Below, in pieces: positions 37,920 through 52,946 of a DNA stretch of 64,000 nucleotides. The position numbers and the translations under genes are program-made. Numbering within the stretch: position 1 is the first letter of the stretch; each line of letters opens with the position of its first letter. Below the pieces are notes generated by a model. That model did not search any database. It saw only the letters and a program-made list of their open reading frames with translations, and had not been told where the DNA came from. This stretch comes from Octopus sinensis (lineage: Eukaryota), in the NCBI RefSeq assembly GCF_006345805.1, contig NC_043003.1:107570001-107634000 (forward strand). The letters are read 5' to 3'.

Positions 37920-38261
37920 ACACCACCCTGTACTTAACTCCATGTCCCCCTACATGGCCTTGCTATTTGCTTTTGAGCCAAATTAACTAACTAACTAACT
38001 AACTAACTAACTAGTATAGGTGGTTTTGTTGATTCCGAAATTGTGTCTCGTACATATTGATTTTATAAGGGATGAAACGAAATTCAGCTTTAACCTTAAG
38101 GGATGTAACTAAGTACGACAACATAACGTTGTTCGTCCCACATAATTAGATATTCGAGCATGCATTGCTGGGAGGTAAGAACTTTGGTTACCAATAGCCT
38201 GGTTTCGGATTCAATTCCGGTGCGTGGTACCTTGGAGAAGTGTCTTCTTAAGCCCCTGTGG

Positions 38262-38308
<47 letters not shown>

Positions 38309-38440
38309 TATATAATTAATTAATAAGGGTGAGAGAATTAGATACTAATTTAATAGTATATCTATTCAACACCAAGTGGCCCAGTGCCTCGAGAAACCTG
38401 GATTATTATAATATTTTATAATATATTATAATATTTATAC

Positions 38441-39131
38441 AAAAATAAATATAAGAGAATGGTCACTATGTGGCTCATTCTAGCACTAGCAAATCCAAAA
38501 GGTTTCAACCACAAAAATACATGTTTCCCATGAAAGTCAGTACGATTGTTAGCTCACACGAACAGGGCAAATAAAAAATAACAAAAATACAGATTATTTT
38601 GGGACAATTGTTTCGCTATTAATGAATTAAATGTAATTTTACTTACAAAAAACCCACTTGTAGCTCCTCAGCCAAAACTATCTGGATGAAATCCACTCAA
38701 TCACACGCCAGATTTTACCATAACGATAAATACACGTGTGGTTCAATTGATTACATCCGACGTTCCGTGAAAGTTTGGCGCGCTGTTGGTAGGGGCATTT
38801 GAATTATAACGTCGGATGTAATCAATTGAACCACACGTGTATTTATCGTTATGGTAAAATCTGGCGTGTGATTGAGTGGATTTCATCCAGATAGTTTTGG
38901 CTGAGGAGCTACAAGTGGGTTTTTTGTAAGTAAAATTACATTTAATTCATTAATAGCGAAACAATTGTCCCAAAATAATCTGTATTTTTGTTATTTTTTA
39001 TTTGCCCTGTTCGTGTGAGCTAACAATCGTACTGACTTTCATGGGAAACATGTATTTTTGTGGTTGAAACCTTTTGGATTTGCTAGTGCTAGAATGAGCC
39101 ACATAGTGACCATTCTCTTATATTTATTTTT
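38441..39131. repeat. Inverted repeat, 324-bp essentially perfect arms with 43-bp spacer
   Basis: 38441-38764 is the reverse complement of 38808-39131; no mismatches were noticed by eye. Confidence 0.95.
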
Positions 39132-39314
39132 ATATATATATATAAACACATACACACACACATATATATATATATATATTATAATTTAGAGTATCTAAGA
39201 GATACCTCCACGTTGAAAATAGCAGCCAAAACTCTAAAACCGCATTAAATGTTCATACAGCACCAGGAGAGAAGACAACAGGACAAAATAAACTAGCAAA
39301 AAATTACTGGATAG

Positions 39315-39369
39315 TTCCAGATCCCGGATTTCTGACTTGCATAAGAAATGCTTTACCTCATCAGTGGAA
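39315..39369 (-). ncRNA. Degenerate type I hammerhead-like motif (Penelope-type)
   Basis: TTCCA CTGATGA ...GCAT ttctt ATGC... GAAA TCCGGGA TC TGGAA. Stem I is 5 bp and stem III near-palindromic, but the base of stem II is mispaired. Confidence 0.5.
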
Positions 39370-39550
39370 TATGCACAGATAGTAACATAAATACACACAT
39401 ATATATATATATACATTTAAGGATATAACATACGAATACATATGCACACGACCAGTTTAAATTGCCCTCCTATAACTCCTCGTGCGATATGGTCAAAACA
39501 TCACCGCAGTAAATACAATGACGAAATAAATGTAAAAAATTATATATACA

Positions 39551-39840
39551 TACTAGCAGTATCGCCCGGGTTTGTAAGGGAAATAACTATATAAACATTT
39601 TTAGAGAGTTACTTCCCTTATATAATAGCAAAAAATCCATTAAAAATGGGAAAAAATGATAGTAAATTTTTTAAAAATCGTAGACTCATCGTAGACGCGC
39701 GCTAATACCCAGAAGGGCTCGATATGAATTACGACTATAAGATACCCACTTTTGGCTAAACTGCACCGCAAAATGTGGGAGTAGTTAGGAATCTAAATCG
39801 TAGCAGACAGACACTCACACAACTTCACTTTTATATATAA
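39551..39840 (-). mobile_element. Non-autonomous Helitron-like element
   Basis: Minus-strand 3' end ...CCCGGGCGATACTGCTAGTA (GC motif + CTAG); 5' TATATATAAAAGTGAAGTTGTGTG..TGTCTG. Confidence 0.65.
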
Positions 39841-40147
39841 AGTTATATATATATATACACACTTCATGCTCAGCATATGAATTTTTCAGCCCATTCGTGT
39901 GTGTGTGTGTGTGTGTGGTGTGTGTACGCAAAGGTGAGCTGAAAAGTTCATAGGTTGATTTGGAAGAAGTGTTACTAGAGATGTGAAATATTGCATTCAT
40001 TAATTATCACTTCAAACAGCTCCATTTTATACCGACAAAACAACATTAGTTCTGAATGAATATTTAAGTGGAACAATAAAAGGAAAGCAACTATTGTTAT
40101 CCTGATTATATGGCTTGTCATGATCTTATATTTTTCAAATATTTATA

Positions 40148-41330
40148 CGAGGGTGGACCGAAAATTTCATAGGCTGACTGTGAAGGAGAGATGTTAAAGC
40201 TGTGGAATCTTGCAAGCATTAATTTTAAATCTTCTTATTAATAATTGCATAGTTTCTTTCCAGCTAGACTGACATCTGACTGTTCAAAGAAGACTTCAAA
40301 AGTAACTAGTAGCGACTTCTCTTGAAAATGGTTAGAATTTGGCATCGTGGTGTTATTAAGTGCCTGTAGAGAAAGGGTTTAACCTTCAAGGACATTCATG
40401 CTGATGTGCTTGATATATTAGGGGAAGGGGCTCCAGCAAAAGTAGACAGCTGAATTTAGGAGGGGAAGAGAAAGTGTTGAAGATGACTCAACACCACAAC
40501 CGAGGAAAACATAGATCATGTTCATCACATGGTGATGGGTGACAAGCGATTGACTACAAATCAAATAACCAATGCTATTAGCATATCCCGTGAGAGAGTT
40601 GAGAATACTTTGCACAATGAAGTTGGCATGACGAAAGTTTCTGTTCGGCAAGTGCCACATCTGACTCCCGTTCAAAAAGCATACCGGGTTGATCACATCA
40701 CAGGATTATGTGACATTGTTTGAAGCAGCTCCAATTGCTTTCCTTGAACTCAGGATGAGTGCTGGGTTCATCACTTTGAATCCGAGAAAAAGAGACAATC
40801 CATGCAGTGGAAATACTGCTCCAAAGAAGGCCAAGGTGATTTTTGCAGAGGAGAGTTTTGGGGGATGCAAAAAGCAATATGCTTATTATCTTCAAAAGGG
40901 CCACACCATTAATGGAGAGTACTCTGCCAACTTGCCGAGGCAGTCGGTAAAGGCTATGAAGACCAAGCACCCAGGAAAACGGAAGAAAGGGGTCTTGTCT
41001 CATCAGGTATCAGCACAGAACTCCTCCGTTTCAATGGTTGCTGTGCATGACTGTGGCTTTGAACCGGTTATTCTCTTGAATCTGACTATCATCTGTTCCC
41101 CAATATGAAAAAAACAACAAAGAAAACCCTTGGCTGGTTACAAGTATCACAGTGATGATGACGTCATATCTGCTGTTGATGACTTTTTTGATCTACAGGA
41201 TGAAAGCTTCTTCACCAATGGAATGTAAGCACTGCAATACCGATGGAAGAAGTGTTTGGACCACAAGGAGTACTATGCTGAAAAATAAACCTCACTTTGT
41301 CACATTCTGCGAGAGTATCATGGTCGTATA
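40148..41330 (+). mobile_element. Mariner transposon, pseudogenised
   Basis: TA-CGAGGGTGGACCGAAAATTTCATAGG TIR (similar TIR at ~39930). Fragments TTEENIDHVHHMV..DKRLT, GHTINGEYSANL, DDVISAVDDFF..QDESFF.NG...L.YRWKKC. Confidence 0.88.
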
Positions 41331-41631
41331 TATAAATGAGCACTAGAAGAGGTGGACTACTTCCTGACCTTTATGATATTTATATAAACACACACACACA
41401 CATATAGGTGTGTGTGTCTGTCCGCGGCACACCACTTGACCGATGCTGGTTTGTTTATGTTCCCATATGTATGTATATACATATGTGCATATACCCATAC
41501 GTATCTGTATATATATATTTTGTGCGTTTATAGTGATGTTGCATCTCTTTTATAACTAACAAGATTTTGAAACAGCTATAAACGTATGGAATAAATATCT
41601 ACTCTCGCACATCACTTCTCTTATCTGCCCC

Positions 41632-41696
<65 letters not shown>

Positions 41697-42133
41697 AATA
41701 CAAAGATGTTCTCTAACCGGTAAATTGACTGCTGTAGTTCAATAACTGCAGAGTAATTTCCGATCTCAGCACGCCAAAGTGAAGGCATTTGAAAGATACA
41801 CATAAATATAATTTGTGGAACTTTATACAATGCTGGATTTCAGTCGAGCGCCCTGTATCTAGTTCTAGAAATTGTGTTTCGTAAACGACAGACTATGCTG
41901 ATGATCTTGCAGATGTTTACGTATCTATATACGTAAATATTAACAAGTGAAACTAATTAGTACATAGGTAATCGTTTTTTATTTCGTATATTTTCATTTG
42001 TCTTGCTTATTTTTACTCTTTGTTTTTTTGCTGAATTTTTTCTTGAGAACACATTCTTCGTGGAAAATGGTGATTTTGACGTCTATATCTAGCATACAAG
42101 CTGTCCACTTCTAGTGGTCAGTCCTCTAAATTT

Positions 42134-42169
<36 letters not shown>

Positions 42170-42170
<1 letters not shown>

Positions 42171-43140
42171 AAATATTAGGGAATAAATCCAAACTTACTG
42201 GGAAAAATCAGATTTAGGATTAAATCCAATTTTATAGTATAAATATATTATATTATATTATAATAAATTAGAGATAAAACCACTATTAGGCAAATCAAAC
42301 AATGAAAAACATAAGCCAATACATAAAATTAATTTAATTTATATTATTTTAAATATATATCAAAAGTATTAAAAGTTTAATAAAAGATAAAGAGTAAAAC
42401 ACTACGATCGTTTCATGGCTGTACGATTCGAATAACAACAATTCAGAGTCAATCTTCAAATTAATTGAAATATCTAAAAAACAATCAGAAATATTTAAAC
42501 AATATTTTAAAGATATAAATAATATAATAATTTTACTCATAATAAACTCTATCATCAAACTAGAAATATAACTTAACAATTATGGTTATATCAAAATCGA
42601 CTATAATGTTAAATATTAATTTTAATTTATAAGGTAGGAAACCCACCAATAATCTAATATCGGTATTAATCTATATCTAATTACATAAATATTTTAAAAT
42701 GTTTAAAAATGACTATTATATATAAATTATCAATGAAAATATATAAATGTATATAAATATTATAATTAAGATCTAAAATAATCTCTATAAATAAATGTAT
42801 ATGCACATATAATAAAAACCTAATAAATTAATTTTTCATATTTAAAGATGAAATAGCTAATTTCAAAATACAAATAAACAAATTTAAACGAACTTTCGGA
42901 AATCTTATGTAAAATACTAATAGAAATAATCAATTCGTAGTAATATAGTATCGAATAAATACTATAAATACTATAAATATAATTATCAATGGGAATAACT
43001 AGCGAATTAAAAAATAAACAATAGCTAAGTTATGTTATTAAATTAGACATGGCCTGGACCAATCTTTAGTCGAAACATATCTAAGTTAATCAAAGTTTAT
43101 CTAATTTAATTATAAGAAATTTAAAACTACAATTAATACT
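42170..43140. mobile_element. Very AT-rich Penelope-like remnant
   Basis: Begins inside (TA)n; 3' part has AGTCGAAACATATCTAA, sharing GAAACATAT with the hammerhead at 53447. No recognisable protein. Confidence 0.35.
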
Positions 43141-43252
43141 ATTAAAACATGTATATACAAAAGCCTAACTTTATACACCTCGTATACTTGTTATCAAACA
43201 ACAGATCTATCGCTAAGTATATATATATATATATATATATACATACACACAC

Positions 43253-43285
<33 letters not shown>

Positions 43286-43329
43286 CATATATATATATAT
43301 GTATGTATATATATGTATATATATATGCA

Positions 43330-43700
43330 GGTCACTTTCGTGTGCTACTGGTAACATGTAACCCAGTACTACCTGTTGCATGGTCGGGTCGTCGGCGACT
43401 AAACCGGCAACACCACCAAGCTTGCTTGGTGAGGTGGGTGTTTATTGGACACCCTGCGGGATGAAAAACAAAACCCGTCAAAGGGCGGAGGAACTCTTGA
43501 GAGTCAACGGCCATCCAATAAATGTCTTAAGGCTGTATCATGCGCGGGGACATAGAAATAATCGGACTGAATACCCGATCGCGCGGTTAAACCATTGGAA
43601 GTGAAGGACTCCTAGCCTTTGTTTGGGCATCCTTCTAGGAGAAGGTAACTCAGGTAACTGGGATAACCTGCGGCTCAGTGGTTACCGATGATGTTGACTT
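43330..43700 (+). mobile_element. Isolated GC-richer, structured segment resembling an RTE 5'UTR
   Basis: GGGCATCCTTCTAGGAGAAGGTAACTC resembles the RTE 5'UTR motif GGGCAACC..CTAGGAGAAGG.AAACTC (recalled); several hairpins; no ORF follows. Confidence 0.4.
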
Positions 43701-43972
43701 GTTCTTCTTTTCGGATTATGGCTGCTGTTGCTTAGTGAATGGGATTGACTCAGTGCAGTCTTTCCTCACTTTAAAAAAAATCTTCCTGCACAGGCATTGC
43801 ACGGTGACAACATTGTTCATGATTGTTGATGGTGCTGTGAGTCTCAACTGAATGGCTGGCTGTAGCTTTAAAAAGCAAATAAATGTCACACTCGATCTCA
43901 GCACCAATAATAGTTAAGCTATGGCCATACTCAATAAGGAGGGGGCAGCCAGCCTGTATACATATATGTAAA

Positions 43973-44172
<200 letters not shown>

Positions 44173-44356
44173 TATGCCATTTTGTATTTCTATTGTATGT
44201 GTCTTCATTTGCGCATGCGTATATCTGTATGTGCGTCTATGTTTAGTGAGTATGTGTGTGTGTGGGGAATGCCTATAATATTTGTATCTCCTGTTTATAT
44301 ACGTTCGTGTAATTTGTTTTTGTTTATTTTTATTTTGTTCATGTGTTTACACCCAC

Positions 44357-44395
<39 letters not shown>

Positions 44396-44396
<1 letters not shown>

Positions 44397-44887
44397 GAAG
44401 CCCAGTATACCCATCATGACTACCCTCTGATAAGGGTACACTAGGCACATGCATCACATCCATATGTGCGCGACATGGTGATCTCATATCAAGATAAACA
44501 GCACATGACCTTGCAGGTGGGGCCCAGTTAGAATCTTCTTCAGGTCGAGTAACCCATCCCACTCGAAAGGTCCCTGAATAAGGGTTGTTTAAGGATGTTG
44601 AACGAAACACCCATGTTTCCAGAGGTGAATTATTCAAACCCCAAAGAATCCCTCTCAACACACGGCTATGATGTTCCCCCACTACTTCTGCTCGTGATCA
44701 GAGATGCACATATCGTCATCCACTAAGGGAAATGCTCAACTGGTTAAGGTCAAACAACTGACAAGCAAATCTGTGGTATTGAGCAGAATATTTGCTGTAG
44801 CCCATGTTTTATATCAAGACAAAACAATGTACATGATAACACTTCCAATCAGTTAAGATCAGAAGCCATGAGAGCCACTGCCTGGTG

Positions 44888-44890
<3 letters not shown>
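44396..44890. mobile_element. Unclassified ~0.5 kb interspersed repeat inserted within a (TTA)n tract
   Basis: Complex sequence bounded on both sides by (TTA)n; no tRNA boxes or ORF recognised. Confidence 0.45.
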
Positions 44891-44950
<60 letters not shown>

Positions 44951-44979
44951 GTATAATAATAATCATAGTAATAATAATA

Positions 44980-45900
44980 ATAAAACCTATGGCCTCCAAA
45001 TACTTGATTCACTGGAACTCAGCTATCACGGACAATCCCAAATTCAATATTTTGATGGCAGACCTCGTCAGAATAATGCGAAATGTGTCCCGCATGTGCG
45101 AGCCTACAGAGTTAAAGAGACACATACAACATTTCGTTCACCGCATGCAGTTCTCAGGTTACAGCCATAACGAAAGGATCAGAGTATACAAAGGAGCCAT
45201 GAAGAAATTTGATGCTATATTATGTAATGTTAGGAATGGGATTTGCCCACTCTATAGGAGCAAGTCATGGAACACTATTGAAAGGACAAAGAAGAAAATA
45301 GGGAAGGCCAATTCTTGGTATGATAGCCACAAATACCAGAGTGTCATGTTCGTCGACACTACTCCTAGAGGTGAACTGGCGTACCGCTTTAGAAGGGCCC
45401 TAGACAAACTTGAGCTAAGGATTAAGGTTGTTGAACGGCCAGGCAACCCTATCAAATCCATAATCGGTAGAACATACCCTTTTAGTAGAACCCCCTGTAC
45501 GGATTAGGAACTGTACTGTGTGTAGATTTAGCCCACAAACAAACTGTAAAGCCAGAAATATAGTCTATAGTATAAGATGTATAGAGGGACGATGCAGTAA
45601 CAAGACAACGACATACGTAGGGGAAACGGCACGGAGCATAGGAGAGCGGGTAAATGACATTGGAGAGAACTTAAGGAAGGAAAAAGCTCATCGGTTCTGT
45701 ACCAACACGCTGAGCAGGAACACGGGGGCTCAATCAACAACATAGAAGTTAAAATCTTGTCCACACATAAAACAGACGCAACAATCAGACAAATTACGGA
45801 AGCTACACACGTAATAGAAGATAAACCTAGCCTAAATAGGAAACTGGAATGGAACACTAGCACACACCACAACATATGACAGAAGATCTCCATAAACTGG
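44980..45900 (+). mobile_element. Penelope-like element (Neptune type): RT thumb, Cys-rich linker and GIY-YIG endonuclease, pseudogenised
   Basis: KPMASKYLIHWNSA...FSGY...PLYR..W...VMFVDTTP.GELA..KVVERPG; C..C..CR..P..NC..NIVYSIRC...YVGETARS..ER; after a frameshift EH...S.LYQH..QEH...RQITEA...LNRKLEW. Confidence 0.9.
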
Positions 45901-46068
45901 TTACAATATAAACAAAACTGAAAACACAATAAAATAAAATACACAGATAAATAAACAAATGGAAGTAAATAAATATATACATTTAAAAGTTTATTATTAT
46001 TATTATTATTATTATTATGATTATTATTATACATACATACATAATAATAATAATGATAATAATAACAA

Positions 46069-46155
<87 letters not shown>

Positions 46156-46273
46156 GTGGGTGTAAACACATGAACAAAATAATAATAATAAGTGGGTGTA
46201 AACACATGAACAAAATAAAAATAAATAATTTAGGGTAGGTTTTGGCTGCTAGAGAGAGAGAGAAAGAGAGAGG

Positions 46274-46309
<36 letters not shown>

Positions 46310-46313
<4 letters not shown>

Positions 46314-47860
46314 GAGAGAACAAAGCTGTGAAAGTATAAAACAGATCTCAAAGTTTTCTATAAATTCGCAAAGGAAACAGCCACAATACAATATAAAATA
46401 GGACCATTGTTCCAAGGGAATGACTCACTGATCGCGGACCCAGAGAGGATAGTGAGATACTTAGTGAACAATTTAAAAGTGTCTTTATTTCCCTCCTTGG
46501 ATATGCAGATAAAAAATCCAGCTGAATTTCTTAATATTGGAGGTCTAAAAAAGGTGGCGTCAGCCAACGGTTACATCAACATTGAAGAGACAAATGTAAC
46601 AGTGGCCATCAATGAAATGAGCTCAAGCTCCGCAACTGATCCTGATGGCTTCCCAGCTATTCTCTTGAAGTCATATAAGTAGGCTTTAGCGAAACCACTT
46701 CAGATACTTTTCTAAAGTTTCCTTGCAAGTGTAAACTTTCTAAAAAAAAGAAGGCATTATATTCCTTATGCACAACGGTGGAAGCAGAGCAGAGGCCAAA
46801 AACAACAAGACAATTTCTTTGACTTCACATATCAGTAAAGTTACGGAGCGAATCCTCAGAAAGAAGTTGATAATGTTCCTAGAGAAAAAGAGCTACTGAA
46901 CAATACATAGCATGGAACTAGGGCCATTACTGTTAATAATAGCCCTCTTAGACATGCCCACGATTACTCAAACAGTCACTGTCACTAGCTATGCCGATGA
47001 TAAAAAATTACTACAAGCAATAAAAAATCAGATGACGTAGTAAGCTTACAGCGGGACCTGAGTTTGATATACAAGTGGGCCGAAATAAACAACATATGCA
47101 GTTTAATACTGGAAAATTTCAAGCACTGCACTATCAACTCACGAATGCTCTACAACCTGCATATACACGACCCGAAGGTACTACAATCCCAGAGTCACAA
47201 GCAGTGAAAGAGTTGGGGATCAGTATGTGCACTGACACATCAATTTATATGCACATTGCCAAAATGGCAGCAAAGTACAGACAACTGGCAGGATGGATAC
47301 TGAGGTCTTTCAAGACAAGAGACCAAGAAAATTTGTTGATCCTGTGGAGAACCTTTGTTCTCAGTCGCTTCGACTACTGCTCCCAGTTGTGGTCACCACA
47401 TTGTGACAAAATAACACCGGAGTTTGAAGCAGTCCAACGCCACTACACTAAAAAGATTGAAACTGTGCAACGGATGAGCTACAGGGATAGGCTGAGAAAA
47501 CTGCAACTTTACTCCCTGGAGCAAAGGCGCGACAAATATGTAATAATCTACATATGGAAAACTCTAGAAGTACCTAATTTCGGTATTGTACGAAAAGTAC
47601 CATCTACTCCATGTAAATTCAGGACAGGTACTGGAGCAGTCTAGGGTTCAAAAGCCTACAACTCTTCACTGTCCTGTCACAAAAATTAAGAAATCTGCAT
47701 AAGGTGGAAGCAGATGTCTTCAAAAAGGAACTAGATATCCTCCTCTCCACAATACCGGATGAACCAACAGCTCGACATGAGGTACACAAAATGGACCAAC
47801 AACTGGGAGAAAGGCACATACAGAAGTGGTGATGTGAAACATTCCAGACTGAGGAAATCA
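46310..47860 (+). mobile_element. Old CR1/L2-like LINE remnant (RT region)
   Basis: SSATDPDGFPAILLK..LAKPL; YADD-like AGCTATGCCGATGAT near 46990; NNMQFNTGKFQAL; LWRTFVLSRFDYCSQLWSP; LQLYSLEQRRD. Confidence 0.85.
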
Positions 47861-48407
47861 GAAAGACCACGGTGGTGCTCTACATAGCTGAAACGAACAA
47901 AAGAATATATATATATAAATGGCAATTTTTGTCTGTCTGTTTCCATCTTAGTGCCTAAACCAGCGAACCAATATTCACGAAACTTTGCATACATCTGATA
48001 CTAGCATCCAGTTAAATAATAGGCTAATTGAATTTCAATAAAAATCTATAATGTGCTCCCCAAGGGCATTGGGCGAATTATATGATAAAATGAGAAGGTT
48101 GCAAAAAGTATCAGTCTGAGAGAAAGGTAGTAACAGAGAAAAGTGAAGGCGAGAATAGCGGTGCCAATGGAATGAAAACGTTAAAACAGCTGTCATATAC
48201 ACGTGACGCTGCATACATACTTTCGTGAATACATAGATACAACACACACACAACTCACGCACAAACACACAACAACAACAACATACACACAACACACATA
48301 CACACGTAGAAAGGTAGATGTAAGGAATACGTAGCTTTAAGGAGAGAGGGGGTAGGTGGATTTTCTGATGTCCATCGCAAAGAAACACCCCACACATGCA
48401 TATATAC

Positions 48408-48474
<67 letters not shown>

Positions 48475-48847
48475 CAAGCGTACATACGTACATACAAACA
48501 TACATATGTCTATTATACACCATTCTAAACTCGTGATTACGTGTGTGTACGTTTGTAAATGTGTGTACGTCACGTCCTATTACCGTCTGTCTCTCTCTAC
48601 TTTTGTAGGGTTTCCTCTGTTGCTGTCACATATTCTAAGATTTTAAAATTACACAAAATTTCGAAATTTGTTATCTTGAAGTAATTGTCCACGTTAAATC
48701 CGATTTTGTTATTTATTTATTTCAGGAAAATTGCAGAAGATGTTACTGAGGTTTAAAGTTTAATCACTTTTATCTAATCAGAAAACAAGGTTGGCATTTT
48801 CTGCATGATAGCTGTCTATCACGAAATGAAATTAAAATCATTAGGAG

Positions 48848-49727
<880 letters not shown>

Positions 49728-50779
49728 AGAATATGTGACAGCAACACATATTCTACTATGTATGTACCACATAGTAGAATCGAAACCAGAATTTCGTGAT
49801 CGCGAAGTAACCTTTTAAACTGTATAACCATGTTTCGCCTCTCTATATATATTGTGTGTGGTTTACAACTGATCCGGTGCTTGAACTCTACAGACATTGT
49901 ATGTATGTATGTATGTATGTATGTATGTATGTATGTATGTATTTATGTATGTATGTATGTATGTATGTATGTATGTATGTATGTATGTATGTATGTATGT
50001 ATGTATGTATCTATCTATCTATCTGCATACAGACATAAACGCACACGTACAAGCGAATTATGAAGCAAATTTGCAACAGAAGAGTGAAAATATTCCGCTG
50101 TATCAAGGTCAATAGGAGAAAAACATCCAGTTTGCATCTATACCAGCTCAACACCATCATCCATTTCCCCCTGATGAAAAGGTCTTAACTCTGAAATATT
50201 GAACTAACAAAGCGTGAACTGTTTTTTGTTTCTAACTTCTGTTATCACTCTTTTATTTCACTTTTGTATTTTATTGGACTTTAATGAATCTATACTATAA
50301 TGGAGAAAGCTGCTTATTAATTAGGTATGTAACAATTACTAAAAGTACTAAAAGATAGCAATTATTAAAGGGTTGACCGTCTGTAAATATTTTTATAAAT
50401 TCATGTTCCAAGAAATTTCCTATAATTTCGATTTCTCAAGTTTATTGAATATTTTAAAATTCCAATTTCTCGCAAATTTAAATATTCACTGCATCCAATT
50501 CACCACAAATTTAAATATTCATTGCACTCATTTCGGAGCATTCCGTTTTCATTTGCAAAGTCTCTCACTTTCTCTTTTAAGTTTTAATTCGCTATTAATG
50601 TATACGTAATGTAAAAACATTATTTATTGAATGAAAATTTAAAAAATACACGTATAATATTTGAACGCGGGATAACTGTGAGAAGGGCCTAGAAAGTTGA
50701 GTAAATACTATTAGAAGACGAGGAGAGAAAAACCGAAAAGTTACCGACAAGTATTCCAAACTTGCACCTTATTCTATAT

Positions 50780-51100
<321 letters not shown>

Positions 51101-51169
51101 ATATATATTATATATATATATATATATATATTATATAATATATATATATAATATAAATATATAATATAA

Positions 51170-51237
<68 letters not shown>

Positions 51238-51248
51238 TTATGTATATA

Positions 51249-51389
51249 TACTAGCTTAAAAGCCACACTTCGTACGGACTTTTAAGCTAGGTCCAGTGGA
51301 TCGTTAATTGGGCATTCGGCCCAAAACAAAAAGAAAGGCAAAAATAATAAAGCATTTAAATAATAAAGATAATAATATAATATAATAAA

Positions 51390-51423
<34 letters not shown>

Positions 51424-52290
51424 TAATAATAATAATAATAATAATAAAAATAATAAAGATTTATATCACAGAGTATCAAATTTGGAGAATTTTGTATCAC
51501 TGTAAAACAGCAGGATAAACAACATTCTTGGTTTTACCATTTGATGCGAGTATGAAGAGATTGTTGCCATTTCTAAATCTGGAACAACAAAAACAGAGCT
51601 AGTTGGGAAAAGCACTGCTGCATGAGGTGAAGTCCAACCATTTTCAATGACTTTCTTTGACTCTTGTAAGTTGACATTGCATGACTAACTCACACTGAAA
51701 ATTAAAGTCACTTGAATTCAAAGGGCATGTTTGTTGAAATCAGTGAAATTCTTTGAACAAGCACATTTTCTACCATTCCTTGTTCAGTGAAGATTGTTGT
51801 TTCCAAAAGATGTGGATGCATTTGCCTGACAATCAATCTTGTTCTATTGCACAGCTTTGGCAGATCCAGATTCCTCAAAAGCATGATTGGAACTCCTTTC
51901 TTCAATGTCAGTTTGTGGGAAGGCATTCCAGGTGGATCCAAAGAGTTATGAAACTCAGGGTAATTCACAGCCTCATTGGGGTCCACAACAGTATCAGTTG
52001 AGAGATAATTTGTTTCCTCAGTATTGATTGATTGCATAAGTTTCCAACTGACAACCCGGACCGTTTCATTCTTTGGTGCTCTTTCACAAAATCAAACATG
52101 ATCATGAAAATTATGTCCAATATTTAGGTAAACCTTAGTAATCAACTCTTCTACAGTTTGGACCAAAATACCACAGCCATTTGGAAGTGATGTTTCCGTT
52201 ACTGTCTTGCTGAATTCTTCCATTCCCCAGATCCATTAGTTGAGCTGCAAATCTTCCAGCATCCAAATTTCTGAATAAACTAACTCTGCT
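51249..52290 (-). mobile_element. Helitron 3' portion with PIF1-type helicase pseudogene
   Basis: YLSTDTVVDPNEAVNYPEF.NSLDPPGMPSH.LTLKKGVPIMLLRNLD.PKLCN.TRL..; KTKNVVYP.VL; 3' end ...GCTTTTAAGCTAGTAT. Confidence 0.9.
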
Positions 52291-52685
52291 GAATGCCTGA
52301 TCAGGCCGGAAGTCTGGTCAGGCTGAAAGTTCTATCTGGCCGAAAGTCCAATTTGGGCTAAAAGTTCGAGTTCTTCAATATTTTCTTCCGAGCGCTTCAA
52401 TTCACAAATTCGGCAGAACTTCGAAACCTCTCTAACTTGGATCTAATTTTCAATGAACTGAAATGAAACTATTTTTTAATTTCACAAAGTTTTGGTACTT
52501 TAAATTCAGTTTGAAAATTTGTAGATCTACATATTTTTAGAGTTCTTTTAAAATTTGAATTTTCAACTGTTGGCATATAACAAATCGTCATCCAGATCTG
52601 ATCCCAATGCTGGATGTTCAAGAACCAAATGAAGGGCAGATTTTCAATCCTGGGACCATCCTGATTCCTAAAAGGTATGATATGT

Positions 52686-52723
<38 letters not shown>

Positions 52724-52946
52724 TCAATATAGGGTGGCAAAAAAAATTTTGTAGAATTGTTTTGCCACCAGCGGCCTAGTGGGAAAAAATTAAATAGTCA
52801 TAGACCATTTATAAGTTCAACATCACAATCAAGGAACGGCCATAATAGGCCATTCACCCACTAGAAATAACAGCCAAAGCTTCAACCGCAAAATAACATT
52901 AATTCCGCAAACCAGGAGAAAATTAAAAAACATTTACCCTACATTT

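Larger units (their letters stand above)
33400..38012 (+). mobile_element. Near full-length CR1-type LINE (ORF1 + APE-RT ORF2, frameshifted)
   Basis: ORF1 RRM-like region (AIIYGKAE...RLG...RPRPIRV..ER..R.L..EL..R...GE); APE motifs ITETWL, RGGGVAVYV, GDFN, LDL, SDH; RT motifs NYRPVSLTS, QHGF, DFAKAFD, PQG, FADD; (TAAC)n tail. 5' end approximate. Confidence 0.95.

Noticed and set aside
44500-44580. Hammerhead or HDV ribozyme in the 0.5-kb repeat (CTGAAGA on the minus strand)
   Set aside because: No downstream GAAA or stem III, and no HDV double pseudoknot could be built.
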